Notes: generated from the sequence alone by a model not told the origin. A stretch of 63,613 nucleotides of DNA, filler included, from Octopus bimaculoides (GCF_001194135.2; 7 parts of 7 records of this genome joined end to end with filler, not necessarily neighbours in it); one strand, 5' to 3'; positions 1 to 12,174 are shown, numbered from the whole stretch's first letter. Made by a program: numbers and translations.

Positions 1-707
1 ATTATTAACATACTTCTTATTATTAACATATTAATTAAGCTAATATTGATATCTATAAATTTTCCATACTTACTATATGTAAAACAATACTGATGCTTTA
101 TTCAGACTAAAGAAAAAGCCCTGTTGACCTAAATGCTTAATGTTTAATTCCCCAACATTATGATAACAGTAAAAAAAACCCAACCTAAAATAGTGTTGCC
201 ACTCTGACCAGAGTAACCTTTATAACCATATCCATGTATAATGCTTACACCTTCCCTTTCCTTAGAAGTGATTTCCCCTTATACTATAACTACTAGATAA
301 GAGACAATAAAATCAGAGACAGTTAGAATTCTACCTAGAACCAATTACTAGCCTGCTAGTCTTGGCTATGTCAAGATGGGTTTTTATGTATTCTTCTTCC
401 AACTTGGATTTTACATGTTGCCACAATTATAATATGTCTAGTCTACTGTAATTTTCTACATTTTTGTGTAGCTGAAGATTGCTCTACATATTGCATTTAA
501 TGTAATGCTTGCATTACTTAAATAAATGGAGTAGTATGAAACGTGCATACTGCAATCATCTTTAAAATCTGTGTTGCTTATTTTGATTTTTTGATCACCT
601 TGCTTTTAGAATGGTTTTTGGATAATACCATACTATATTCTGGTGCCTAAACGTAAGTACCATATTCAATTTTGAATCTAAATCTAAATCTATATATATA
701 TATATAT

Positions 708-821
708 GCGGGTGGCACGTAAAAGCACCCACTACACTCTCAGAGTGATTGGCATTAGGAAGGGCATCCAGCTGTAGAAACTCTGCCAAATCAGATTGGA
801 GCCTGGTGTAGCCATCCGGTT
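708..821 (+). mobile_element. RTE 3' tail fragment, cut by a gap
   Basis: gggcatccagctgtagaaactctgcc..gattggagcctggtg matches 8560-8620. Confidence 0.7.
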
Positions 822-1107
822 NNNNNNNNNNNNNNNNNNNNNNNNNNNNNNNNNNNNNNNNNNNNNNNNNNNNNNNNNNNNNNNNNNNNNNNNNNNNNNN
901 NNNNNNNNNNNNNNNNNNNNNNNNNNNNNNNNNNNNNNNNNNNNNNNNNNNNNNNNNNNNNNNNNNNNNNNNNNNNNNNNNNNNNNNNNNNNNNNNNNNN
1001 NNNNNNNNNNNNNNNNNNNNNNNNNNNNNACGACAGACAAAATACCGCTAAGCATTTCACCTGGCATGCTAACGGTTCTGCCAGCTCACCACCCTATATC
1101 TATATCT

Positions 1108-1153
<46 letters not shown>

Positions 1154-1155
<2 letters not shown>

Positions 1156-2312
1156 TCATCATCATCATCATCATTATCATCATCATCGTCGTCGTCATTG
1201 TCTAACATCTGCTTTCCATGCTGGTATGGGTTGGACAGTTTGACCAAGGGCTGGCAAGCCAGAAGGATGCACCAGGCTCCAATCTGATCTGGCAAAGTTT
1301 CTACACCTGGATGCCCTTCCTAATGCCAACACTCCAGGAGTGTAGTGGGTGCTTTTTACGTGCTATCAGCATAAGGGCCAGTTAGGCGGTATTGGCATCA
1401 ACAGACTTGAATGGTGCTTTTTACATGCCACCGGTACAGGAGCCAGTCAGGTGGCACTAGCAACATCATGCTCAGATGGTGCATTTTATGTGCCACCGGC
1501 ATGAGACCAAGTGGGCAACACTGGCATTGACTACACATGAATGGTGCTATTTACATGCCACTGGCATGGGTGCCAATCAGGTGGTACTGTTGTCAGCCAT
1601 GACAATGACTTCAATTGATTCAACAAGTCTTCACAAGTGCAGTTTATTGCCCAACAATTGATGGGTACTCTTAAATGGGCCGGTTATGCTGCACTGGCAT
1701 AGGCCACAGTTATGGTCTCACTTTGTTTGCCAGGTCTTCTCAAGCACAGCATATCTACAAAGGTCTCGATCACTAGTCATCGTCTCCATGAGGGCCAACA
1801 TTTGAAGGTCATGCTTAACCACCTCATCCCAGATATTCTTGGGTGTACCACTTCTAGAAGTTCCATCTACTGCTAGGATATGACACTTTTTCACACAGAG
1901 ATCCTCACCTATATGCATCACTTGACCATACTAGTGAAGTCATTTCTCTTGCATACCACATCTGATGCTTCTAAGGTCTAACTTTTCTCTCAGGGCACTT
2001 ACATTCTGTCGTGTATGCACACTGACATTACTCATCCTGTGGAGCATACTAGCTTCATTCCTTGCCAGCTTATGCATGTCCTCAGCAGTCACAGCCCATG
2101 TTTCACTGCCACGTAGCATGGCTGTTCACACACATGCGTCATACAGTATACCTTTTACTCTGAGCGAGAGGCCCTTTGTCACCAGCAGAGGTAGGAGGTC
2201 TCTGAACTTTGCCCAGGCTATTCTTATACTAGCAGCTACACTCTCAGAGCATTCACCCCTGCTACTCTCTTGGTCACCTAGGTAATGGAAGCTATCAGCT
2301 ACTAATTTATCT
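1154..2312 (-). mobile_element. RTE-clade LINE 3' fragment (RT C-terminus, 3' UTR, (TGA)n tail)
   Basis: Reverse-complement homologue of ~7650-8680; (atc)n tail at the left end; stops and frameshifts. Confidence 0.85.
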
Positions 2313-2491
2313 AAAGATAAATTTAGAATTAAAGAATTAAGTTTTAGAGAGAAGGTTTTAATTGCAGTCGTTGCTTCTGATGTTACTACATCATCTCATG
2401 CCTATTAGGGAGCAGTGCAGAATGGAGCTGAAACGGTTGTTATGCTAAGAAAAAGCTTCTAGGTACACTCTGTCTTCTGTAACAATCATTT

Positions 2492-2544
<53 letters not shown>

Positions 2545-2549
<5 letters not shown>

Positions 2550-3081
2550 TAAAAATGACTTTTCTGATAATTTCTCTACATTAATAATTAAATGTTTATA
2601 AGCTATTAGGTGTTTGCAAAAAGTCATTAATATCTTCTTATTAATTTGTTTTAAAAGCAATAAGTTTACTTTCTGCATGAGTGTAAAGTTTATGGGTAGC
2701 TATTTACATTGAAGGGATGTTTTTCAAAAGCAAGTATGGCTGTGTAGATGCAGAATTGAGGCATTGTTTATGTATCTAACATATCATAGTGAAATCAAAT
2801 GCAGACCAAAAACAGCTATTTGAAACAATTGATTTCACTATGAATACATTAGAAACACAAACAATGCCTCAATTCTGCATCTACAGAGCCATACTTGCTT
2901 GTGCAAAAACATCCCTTCTATGTAAATAACTACCCATAATCTTTACATCCTTGCAGAAAGTAAATCTAATGCCTTTAAAATAGATGAATAAGATATTAAT
3001 GACCTCTTGTAAACACCTAATAACTTATAAGCATCTATTTATTAGAGTGGAAAAATTATCAGAAAAGCTATTTTTATTCAT
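2545..3081. repeat. Long fold-back palindrome (MITE/foldback-like), ~250-bp arms and ~30-nt loop
   Basis: 2545-2798 is the diverged reverse complement of 2829-3081. The ORF track shows mirror-image ORFs on the two strands. Confidence 0.9.
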
Positions 3082-3130
3082 TTTTCAAAAACACACACAC
3101 ACATGCATACATACATCTTTATATATATAT

Positions 3131-3527
3131 AGGCGCAGGAGTGGCTGTGTGGTAAGTAGCTTGCTTACCAACCACATAATTCCGGGTTCAGTCCCACTGT
3201 GTGGCACTATGGGCAAGTGTCTTCTACTATAGCCTCGGGCCAACCAAAGCCTTGTGAGTGGATTTGGTAGACGGAAACTGAAAGAAGCCCGTCGTATATA
3301 TGTATATATATATATGTATGTGTGTTTGTGTGTCTGTATTTGTCCCCCCCACCATCGCTTGACAACCGATGCTGGTGTGTTTACGTCCCCGTAACTTAGC
3401 GGTTCGGCAAAAAGAGACCGATAGAATAAGTACTAGGCTTACAAAGAATAAGTCCTGGGGTCGATTTCCTCGACTAAAGGCGGTGCTCCAGCATGGCCGC
3501 AGTCAAATGACTGAAACAAGTAAAAGC
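3131..3527 (+). mobile_element. tRNA-derived SINE family A (CORE-like CCTTGGGCAAGT segment), young copy
   Basis: A/B-box-like head (tggctgtgtggt...ggttcagtccc); near-identical to 15121-15562 and to the reverse of 29942-30341. Confidence 0.85.
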
Positions 3528-3591
3528 GTATGCTAGCATGGAAAGCGGACGTTAAACGATGATGATATATACATATATAGAACACCTATAT

Positions 3592-4186
3592 TGCTAGAAA
3601 CAAGAGTTAAAACCATCAGAACTGCAAGAAGGCACATTTTCATATACTGACAGGGAAGATAACTATCCCATAAGGGAGGCTAGATTACTAGATTAGACTG
3701 GCTTTGCTTGAAGATTTACAGGCTTGTCAGTATTGACTACATTGCTGAATGGTTTGGCTAAATCCAGACTGTCAGTATATATATTTACCATATAAATTTT
3801 TGGCTGATTTAGCGAAATGTTAAAGTGAAAATTATGAAATAATGAAGGCATCTATAAGCAATATAAAATTCAAGTCACTAATTGTGACTGAGGATGTACT
3901 TATGTTGCTTGAAATAATAGTTAAAAGCCTCAGATCTGCATGAAAGCACATTTTCATATACTGACAACCATAAATTTATATGGTAAATCTGTATACTGGC
4001 AATCTGGATTTAGCCAAACCATTTGTCAATGGAATAGTCACTACTGGTGAGCCTGTAATTTTTCAGGCAAAACTAGTGTAGTCTAGTGATATAGCTTTGC
4101 TATATCACTAGACTAGACTATCTCCTGTCAGTATATGAAAATGTACTTTCTTGTGGATCTGACAGTTTTACCTCTTATTTCTAGCA
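3592..4186. repeat. Second fold-back element, ~210-bp arms with an internal perfect palindrome
   Basis: tgctagaaacaagagttaaaac...ttaccatataaattt pairs with aaatttatatggtaa...cctcttatttctagca. 4081-4113 is a perfect 15-bp stem with a ttt loop. Confidence 0.85.
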
Positions 4187-4450
4187 GTACATGTACTACT
4201 CTGCACCCTCACACACAATTAGTGACAATTGAATTTTTCCATTTTGGTTTTATATTTCTTAGAGCTGCCTTCATTACTTTATACATATACATATAGGTGC
4301 AGTGTGGCTGTGTGGTAAGAAGTTTGTTTCCCAACCACATAGTTCCAGGTTCAGTCCCACTGCATGTCACCTTGGGTGTCTTCTGCTATAGCCTCGGACC
4401 AACCAAGGCCTTGTGAGTGGATTTGGTCAACAGAAACTGAAAGAAGCCCA

Positions 4451-4481
<31 letters not shown>

Positions 4482-5239
4482 ATAATTATTTTATTATTTC
4501 ATTTCGTTATCTATCCATGTAAACAGTTTCGTCTTCCATGCCATATGTTTAGAGAAAAAAACTTAATATCCCTTCACTCAGCCCAACTCTTCCTCTTTCT
4601 CCCTATCTTTCACATTCATTTATTATTGTCATTTATTCATTCATTCTCCTAGTGTTCTGTTTTCAACCAGCCTAACTCTGGTCTCTCTCTCTCTCTCTCT
4701 TCCTCTCAGTTTCGTTAATCACATGCTTCTCCCAACACTTTACCTTTGCTCCCCACACCCTACCCCACCCTATATAAACTAGCTCATTCAGATTCCCCTA
4801 CCTCATATTCTAATGCCCCACCACATGGAGTAGAAACCAGAAGATGTTCAGATAAGCAACCTTGTCTTCCAACCTAGCATACATCTAAAACCTCTTTTCA
4901 GCACAATCATAATTACTTTCTTATTTCATTTCATTATCTATCTATATAAACACAGTTTTGTCTTCCATGCCGTATGTTTAGAGAAAAACTTAAGATCCCT
5001 TTGCTCTCCCTCTTCTCCCTCTCTTTCACGTTCATTTATTATTGTAATTTATTCATTCATTTACCTAATTTTGTCACAGTTTGGCTGACCAAAAACTCTC
5101 TGTTATTGCTCCAGTTAAGAATTTCAAATGCCCAATTCTATCTCATTATTATCATTAATATTTTCTCACACCAGCAATCTGAGTTTTTGCTGTTTCATGG
5201 TATGCCCGCCCTTCCCACCCCACCATTTGTACCGGAAGT

Positions 5240-8200
5240 CTCTATCCTCTGACCTCTATCAGATGTCTCGCCCATGAACACCTTCAAAGGCTTAATGTTC
5301 CCCCATCCCTACTTAGGGTTTATCCCCTTTGTAATGTAGTGATGATGTAGCACATAAAATGATGATGTATGCAGGTTGAAGGTTTTTGTATGTTTATGAG
5401 TTCTGCCAAATGTGAGCTTTCTTTCCAGGTACATGATGCTACTATACCCCATCCCAGGGTCATAAGAGCCCACACCTCCCATGCCCTCAGAATTGACACA
5501 CTTAATGTTGGCACACTGAATTGTAGGTCTGGTGAGATTGTTGAGATGCTTGAATGGAGACGTGTAGATTTGTGCTGCATCCAAGAAGTAAAGTGAAGAG
5601 GAAGTTCTGCTAGGTTCCTCACAGGCAAATAAATAAGTATAAGATTTTTCGGACAGGGAACACTGATGGGGTTGGGGGTGTGGGTATACTTCTTGTGGAG
5701 GAATGGGTTGATAAGGTAATTGAAGTAGTCAGAATCTGTGATAGAATACTTCAGATTAGATTAGTGCTGCAGCATGGGTTAGCAATCATTATCTCGGCTT
5801 ATGCTCCTCAGCCAGGGCTACCTGATGAACAGGAAGACTGATTTTATGACACCCTCTTGCAGACTACCTCATCGACTAATGACAGGGACTTTCTCTTTGT
5901 GGCTGGCGACTTCAATGAGCATGTTGGACAACATGCAGGGGGCTTCCATGGTGTACATGGAGGCTATGGGTTTGGTTCCTGCAATGAGGAGGGAACCAGG
6001 CTGCTGGAGTTCTGCGATGCAAATGATCTTATGGTTTGTAATACTAGCTTCAAGAAACCTGCCAGTCACCTATTCACCTACCGACCTGGTGGACACACTA
6101 GTTAAATTGATTACATCCTCACCAGGAAACAGGAAAGATAGCTAGATCCCAAAAACTTCCCAGGTGAAGAATGCACCCCACAACATAGATTAGTAGTTAG
6201 CGACTTCAGGATCAGGGCTAAATAGATGCTCAAAAGACGACCAGCATGGAGGAGAAAGGTCTGGAAGATTAAGGACCCTGCGAATGGACAGAGACTGAGA
6301 GAAGTATTACTTGAAGCTTTTGATGAAATAGAAGTGGGATATAGCATCACAAGATGTAGAAGACAACTAGAGGTTCCTACAGAACAACCTATTGAGGGCT
6401 GATTTGTGGATGGTGCAAAGACCCCTCTTGACCCAGCATAATGTGGTGGTGGAACAATGTAGTTGACAGGGCCATTAGGGAAAAGAAACAGACATGGAAA
6501 GACTGGAAGAACAGTGATAGCAAGGAATTGTATCAGATTGCCAGAAGGGAAGCTAGGAGACAGGTTTACTTAGCCAGAGGGGAAGCAGATAAGAAAAAAT
6601 TTGCCAATGTTCTGCATTGTGAGGACAAAGACTTGAAATGTTTTGTGTTGCAAGACAGTGTGTGAGAGAGAATTGTGATGTCATAGGAGAGAAATGTGTC
6701 TGCATGGTGATGGCTCACTTGCATTTAATGAGGCTGCAAAGAGACGCCACTATGAAAGGTTGCTATGACTTAGAGACGCCACTATGAAAGGTTGCTAAAT
6801 GAAGAGAATGAATGGGAGAAGGAGAGTCTGCGGAATGTTGACCCAACAGAGGGACCAACTATCCGAATTGACAGTACCTTGGTAGATAAAGCAATTAAGG
6901 GTATGAAGACAGGGAAAGTACCTGGCCCATCAGGAATCACCACAGAGATGCTTAAAATATCTGGTGGTGTCGGCTATAGTCTAGTCATCTGTATAGTCAA
7001 TCAGGTGATACATGAAGGTGTCATACCAGCCTTTAACAGGGTCCTCCCAATCCCTTATCTGGTGGTCAATGTGGAAACTAGGGATAGATGAGTGGTCAGT
7101 GAGAGCTGTACAAGCTATGTACAGGCAAGCTGTCAGTAAGGTGAGGGTTGGCAATGAATACAGTGAAGAATTCCAGCTAGGAGTAGGGGTCTACTAAGGA
7201 TCAGTTCTCAGCCCCCTCTTATTCATTATAGTCCTTCAAGCAATAACAGAGGAATTCAAGACAGGATGCCTCTGGGAGCTTCTCTATGCTGATGCCCTTG
7301 CTCTAATAGCTGAGTCACTATCAGAACTAGAGGAGAAATTTCAGGTGTGGAAGCAATGTCTAGAATCGAAGGGCCTTAGAGACAATCTAGCAAAAACCAA
7401 AGTCTTAATAAGTAGGAAGGCAGACAAATCACAAATCCCTTCAGGTAGATGGCACTGTTTGATTTGTAGAAAATGCATAGGTAGAAACTCTATAAGATGT
7501 ACCCGGTGTAAGCTATGGACACATGAGAGGTGCAGCAATATCAAAGGAAGGCTAACTGGGACGATAGTTTTTGTGTGTGGCAGATGCTCAGGAGCAATAA
7601 ACACTGTAAATGTGCAGAAAACAGCATCTGTCACATTCCAGAGGGAAAAACTACAAGTAGTTGATAGCTTCCATTACCTAGGTGACCAAGTCAGTAGCAG
7701 GGGTGAATGCTCTGAGAGCGTAGCTGGTAGAATAAGAATAGCCTGAGTAAAGTTCAGAGAGCTCCTACTTCTGCTGGTGACAAAGGGCCTCTTGCTTAGT
7801 GTAAAAGGTAGACTGTGTGACACATGTGTGTGAACATCCATGCTACATGGCAGTGAAACATGGGCCATAACTGCTGAGGACATGTGTAAGCTTGCAAGGA
7901 ATGAAGCCAGTATGTTCTGGTGGATGTGTAATGACAGTGTGCATACATGTCAGAGTGTAAGTGCTTTGAAAAAAAAGTTGGACATAAGAAGCATCAAATT
8001 TGGTGTGCAAGAGAGACGACTGTCCTGATATGGTCACGTGTTGTGTATGGATGCGGACAGCTGTGTCAAAAAGTGTGACACCCTAGCAGTAGAGGGAACC
8101 TCTGGAAGACCTGCAATGAGGTGGTGAAGCATGACCATTGAATGTTAGGCCTCTCGGAGGCGATGACAAGTGACCGAGACCTTTGTAGATATGCTGTGCT

Positions 8201-8680
8201 TGAGAAGACCCAGCAAGCAAAGTGAGACCGTAACCATGGCCTATGACAATGCAGCATAACCAGCCCATTTAAGAGTACTCTTCAATCATTGGGCAATAAA
8301 TTGTGCTTGTGAAGACATGTTGAGTCAAGTGAAGTCATTATCGTGGCCAATGACAGTACTGCCTGATTGGCACCTGTGCCGGTGGCACATAAAAACCATC
8401 ATTAGAGCAAGATCGATGTCAGTACCGCCTGACTGGTCCAGTGCTGGTGGCAAATAAAAAGCACCATTTGAGCGTGGTCGATGCCAGTACTGCTTGACTG
8501 GCCCACATGCTGGTGGCATGTAAAAAGTGCCTACTACACTCCTGGAGTGGTTGGCATTAAGAAGGGCATCCCGCTGTAGAAACTCTGCCAGATCAGATTG
8601 GAGCCTGGTGCAACCGTCTGGCTAGCAGCCCATGCCAGGATGGAAAGCGGATGCTAAACGATGATGATAATAATGATGAC
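5240..8680 (+). mobile_element. Near full-length degenerate RTE-clade LINE (APE endonuclease + RT + 3' UTR + (GAT)n tail)
   Basis: APE motifs TLNVGTL, CCIQEV, FVAGDFNEHVG; RT motifs GSVLSPLLFI and LYADAL (decayed YADD); LHGSETW. Multiple stops and an internal RT deletion. Confidence 0.92.
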
Positions 8681-9284
8681 GGTCTATGTGTGCGTGTTTT
8701 TGTGTCTGTGTTTGTCACCCAACACTGCTTAACAACTGGTGTTGGTGTGTTTACATCCCTGTAACCTAGCAGTTTGGCAAAAGTAACCAATAGAATAAGT
8801 ACTAGGCTTAAAGGATAAGTCCTGGGGTTGATCTGTTTGGCTAAAACCCCTCAAGGTGCACCAGCATGGCAACAGTCAAATAACTGAAACATGTAAAAGA
8901 ACAAAAGAATATATTTATACATACATACATGCATATATATATATATATATATATANNNNNNNNNNNNNNNNNNNNNNNNNNNNNNNNNNNNNNNNNNNNT
9001 TAATTAATTAANNNNNNNNNNNNNNNNNNNNNNNNNNNNNNNNNNNNNNNNNNNNGTTTTTGTCTTTGTGTTTGTCCTACACCACCACTTGACAACTGGT
9101 GTTAGTTTGTTTACATCCTCAGCAGCTCTGCAAAAGAAACTGATAGAATAAATACCAACCATAAAATAAATAAGTGTTAGGGTTGATTTATTTCACTAAA
9201 AATTCATCAGAGCAGTGCCCCAGCATGGCCGCAGTCTAATGACTGAAACAAGTAAAAAGCTAAAAAAAAAAAAAAAAAGATATA

Positions 9285-9457
9285 AGCATGGCAGTGTGGT
9301 AAGAAGCTTATTTCCCAACCACATAGTTCCGGGTTCAGTCCCACTGCATGGCACCTTGGGTGAGTGTCTTTTACTATAGCCTTGGACTGACCAAAACCTT
9401 GTGAGTAGATTTGGTAGACGGAAACTGAGAGAAGCTCGTTGTATTTATATACATGTG

Positions 9458-9490
<33 letters not shown>

Positions 9491-9690
9491 CTTTGTATCT
9501 GTGTTTGTCCTCGCTATCATTGCTTGACAGCTGGTGTTGGTGTATTTACGTCTATGTAACATTAGTGGTTTAGTGAAAGAGACTGATAGAATAAGTATTA
9601 GGCTTAAGTCCTGGGGTCAAGACAGCGCTCCGGCATGGCCACAGTGAAATGACTGAAACAAGTAAAAGAATAAAAGTATAAAAGAATAAA
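9285..9690 (+). mobile_element. SINE family A, CpG-decayed copy (two further 3' halves at ~8690-8910 and ~9056-9270)
   Basis: Homology to 3131-3527. Confidence 0.8.
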
Positions 9691-9748
9691 TATGAAATTT
9701 AAAAAGATAAAAAGAAAAATACAGAAACATAAAATTTTGAAATATATG

Positions 9749-10300
9749 CAGTACCATACAAAAGTCTTTGGCCATTTTAAACTATTGTAAATTTCTACTA
9801 ATTGCCAACTTCTAGGTGGATGTATTGCATTGCTTTTTTCACAGATGAAACATTGGCCCTGTTGGAGTCATTTCCATACCTAATCATTATATTTTGTAGT
9901 AAGGGTTCTGAATGAGAGGGGAAAATGTGAGACAACCTTCAAAATGCCTGTGGAAAAGTTTTCAGCCACCTCATATAGACCAATCAAGATACAGTGTTTT
10001 AAAATAGAAAAATGTCTATAATGAAAATTTATTACATAATGTTCAATTCAAGAAGTTACTGTACATTGTTAATATTTCATGTGGCTTCCCTTAGCTTGAA
10101 TAATTGCTTTGGTGCACCTGGGAAGAGATGCATACAAATCCTTTACCATCTTCACAGGTATGAGATGTCATTCTCTGTGGCTGAGCTCCCTCAACTCTTC
10201 AAGATTGCATGAATTCTTCTGACAAACTCTTCTCTTTAGTACTGTCCACACTTGCCCAATGATATTTAAGTCAGGGCTCTGAGCTGGCCAATCTTTCAAT
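9749..10300 (-). mobile_element. Tc1-family transposon remnant (transposase C-terminus plus one TIR)
   Basis: Minus strand 10293-10069 reads DWPAQSPDLNIIGQVWTVLKRRV...LYASLPRCTKAIIQAKGSHMKY*. TIR-like cagtaccatacaaaagtctttggcc at 9749. Confidence 0.88.
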
Positions 10301-10357
10301 ACCTTCATCAGCCAGACTCACCATTAATAGTTAAAAACTATTTTGTTGAGAAAAACA

Positions 10358-10529
10358 GTGAACTGATGATGGTAAACTTTCCCTGAGGTGAATTAATGAC
10401 GATGAACTTTCCCTGCAGTGAATTGATGATGGTGAACTTTCCCTGAGGTGAACTGGTGATGGTGAACTTTTCCCTGCAGTGAATTGACAACAGTGAACTT
10501 TTCCTGTGGTGAACTGATGAGGGTGAACT
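10358..10529. repeat. 30-bp minisatellite, about 6 degenerate copies
   Basis: Unit approximately gtgaactgatgatggtgaactttccctgag. Confidence 0.9.
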
Positions 10530-10794
10530 TACCAGACATGTAAAAATATGATAGGAGTTTTTAGATGCCAAATGCTAAGGAGGGTTTTGTTCCCCGAGTA
10601 AAATAGGGATCAAAGGGGTCTGTAAGCAAGAAATGATTGAAAACCTCTGCCCTAATGGGTGGGGTATGGAAGTCCATCTGCAATATTCTAGTAATGAAGA
10701 CAAGTGGTTCCCAACATGCAGGGACTTGGATTGATGACATTTCTTTGCACCTTCAACTCTCTAAGAACATATTCCACAATATTTATCTTTGCAG

Positions 10795-11054
10795 GCGTCA
10801 ACAGATTTGGAAAGATGAAATGAAAGATGCTAACTTTAATTTCCAAGAATATCTAAGTATGGAAGGTTCAAAATATATTTCCTATTCAAAGACGTTTACC
10901 TTGCCCATGCTGCAGTATCCATTTGGTGGACAGCTTGATGCAAGTGTTGTTTATGACCCTGAGAGTCTGATGCCCAGAAATGTGATAATAAGTACAAAAG
11001 GACATTACGGACAGAACAACTTAGAAATAATTGAAATTAATTTCGAGCTTGAAG
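10795..11054 (+). CDS. Exon A (internal) of large lipid transfer protein gene (vitellogenin/apolipophorin/apoB-like)
   Basis: Acceptor tttgcag|G and donor G|gtcagt, phase 2 to 1. Encodes RQQIWKDEMK...SVVYDPESLMPRNVIISTKGHYGQNNLEIIEINFELEG, which resembles the LLTP DUF1943 motif (P-S-x-x-P-R ... G-x-N-x-x-E-I-x-x-x-x-E-G). Confidence 0.85.
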
Positions 11055-11142
11055 GTCAGTCGATTGATATCTGTCTTTTATATATGATAGATCGCTAACC
11101 ACTACACACATTTTTTTTCTTTCCTTCTTTCTTTCTGTGTTC

Positions 11143-11178
11143 CTTTCTGTGGAAGAGCATAGGCTCGAAACGTTAAAG
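11143..11178 (+). ncRNA. Degenerate minimal type I hammerhead motif in a Penelope-like pLTR fragment
   Basis: CUUU-CUGUGGA-A-GAGC(AUAG)GCUC-GAAA-CG-UU-AAAG. The core is mutated from CUGANGA. Homologous to the reverse of 62200-62320. Confidence 0.55.
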
Positions 11179-11796
11179 ACTTTTTCACTTCCCAAGCATT
11201 ATACTAATACATCTGTTTGTTGTCTACACCACCTGTCTTTGTCTCTTGTCTTTTTGTGAATTCTCCCTTTATATATATATCTGAGAAGATGTGCAAAATT
11301 CATGAGCTCTGGTCCTTTTCTATCTGTCTTCTCTCCTTCTATTTCTCTTTCTATCTCTCTATATTTCTCCCCTTCTCCTTTCTCTCTCTCTCTTTCTCTC
11401 CCTCTCTCTCTCTTTCCCTCTCTCTCTCTCTCTCTCTCTCCATCTCATTTTCTCATTTAATNNNNNNNNNNNNNNNNNNNNNNNNNNNNNNNNNNNNNNN
11501 NNNNNNNNNNNNNNNNNNNNNNNNNNNNNNNNNNNNNNNNNNNNNNNNNNNNNNNNNNNNNNNNNNNNNNNNNNNNNNNNNNNNNNNNNNNNNNNNNNNN
11601 NNNNNNNNNNNNNNNNNNNNNNTTCCTTCTTTCTTTCTGTGTTCCTTTCTGTGGAAGAGCATAGGCTCGAAACGTTAAAGACTTTTTCACTTCCCAAGCA
11701 TTATACTAATACATCTGTTTGTTGTCTACACCACCTGTCTTTGTCTCTTGTCTTTTTGTGAATTCTCCCTTTATATATATATCTTCACACAAACAG

Positions 11797-12030
11797 GAAT
11801 GGAGAAATTCGTCCAGAATATCTACATGACCAAGGGAATGCCCATTTGGAAGAGACTGTGGATGTTTTGGAGCAAACTAACTGAAACTGGCAAGGATCAG
11901 AAGCAGACCAAAGATTTCAAGTTTTCATTACCTGATGATGATATCGTTGATGAGCTAATTAAGCTGTTAGATGTTGCTAACTTCCCTGAAGAATTCATTC
12001 CTAAAGGATATGTACATGTCAATATGTATG
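11797..12030 (+). CDS. Exon B of LLTP gene
   Basis: aaacag|GA ATG ... TAT G|gtaagt, phase 1 to 1, 234 nt open. Continues LE-G-MEKFVQNIY...PKGYVHVNMYG. Confidence 0.85.
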
Positions 12031-12174
12031 GTAAGTCAAATTGTAATACTCCTTCTGATCTGTAACATCTCGAGGTTTGGCCACACTGGACTGTTACTTA
12101 GAGGCCTCTACATATTTAGAGGCCCACTGGTAATCCATTTTGCTGTGACTTGATGTTAATAAATAAATATTAGA

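Noticed and set aside
3131-3210. tRNA-like A/B boxes
   Set aside because: These are SINE heads; no complete cloverleaf tRNA gene was seen in the window.
8999-9011. TTAATTAATTAA palindrome recurring six times in the window
   Set aside because: Always centred in equal N runs; an assembly spacer with stops in all frames, not biology.
10358-10529. Regular ~30-bp repeats as a possible CRISPR-like array
   Set aside because: Contiguous tandem units without unique spacers, in a eukaryotic context.
11623-11783. Second copy of 11123-11281, including the hammerhead-like motif
   Set aside because: Appears identical and flanks an N gap, so most likely an unmerged contig overlap rather than a tandem hammerhead pair.
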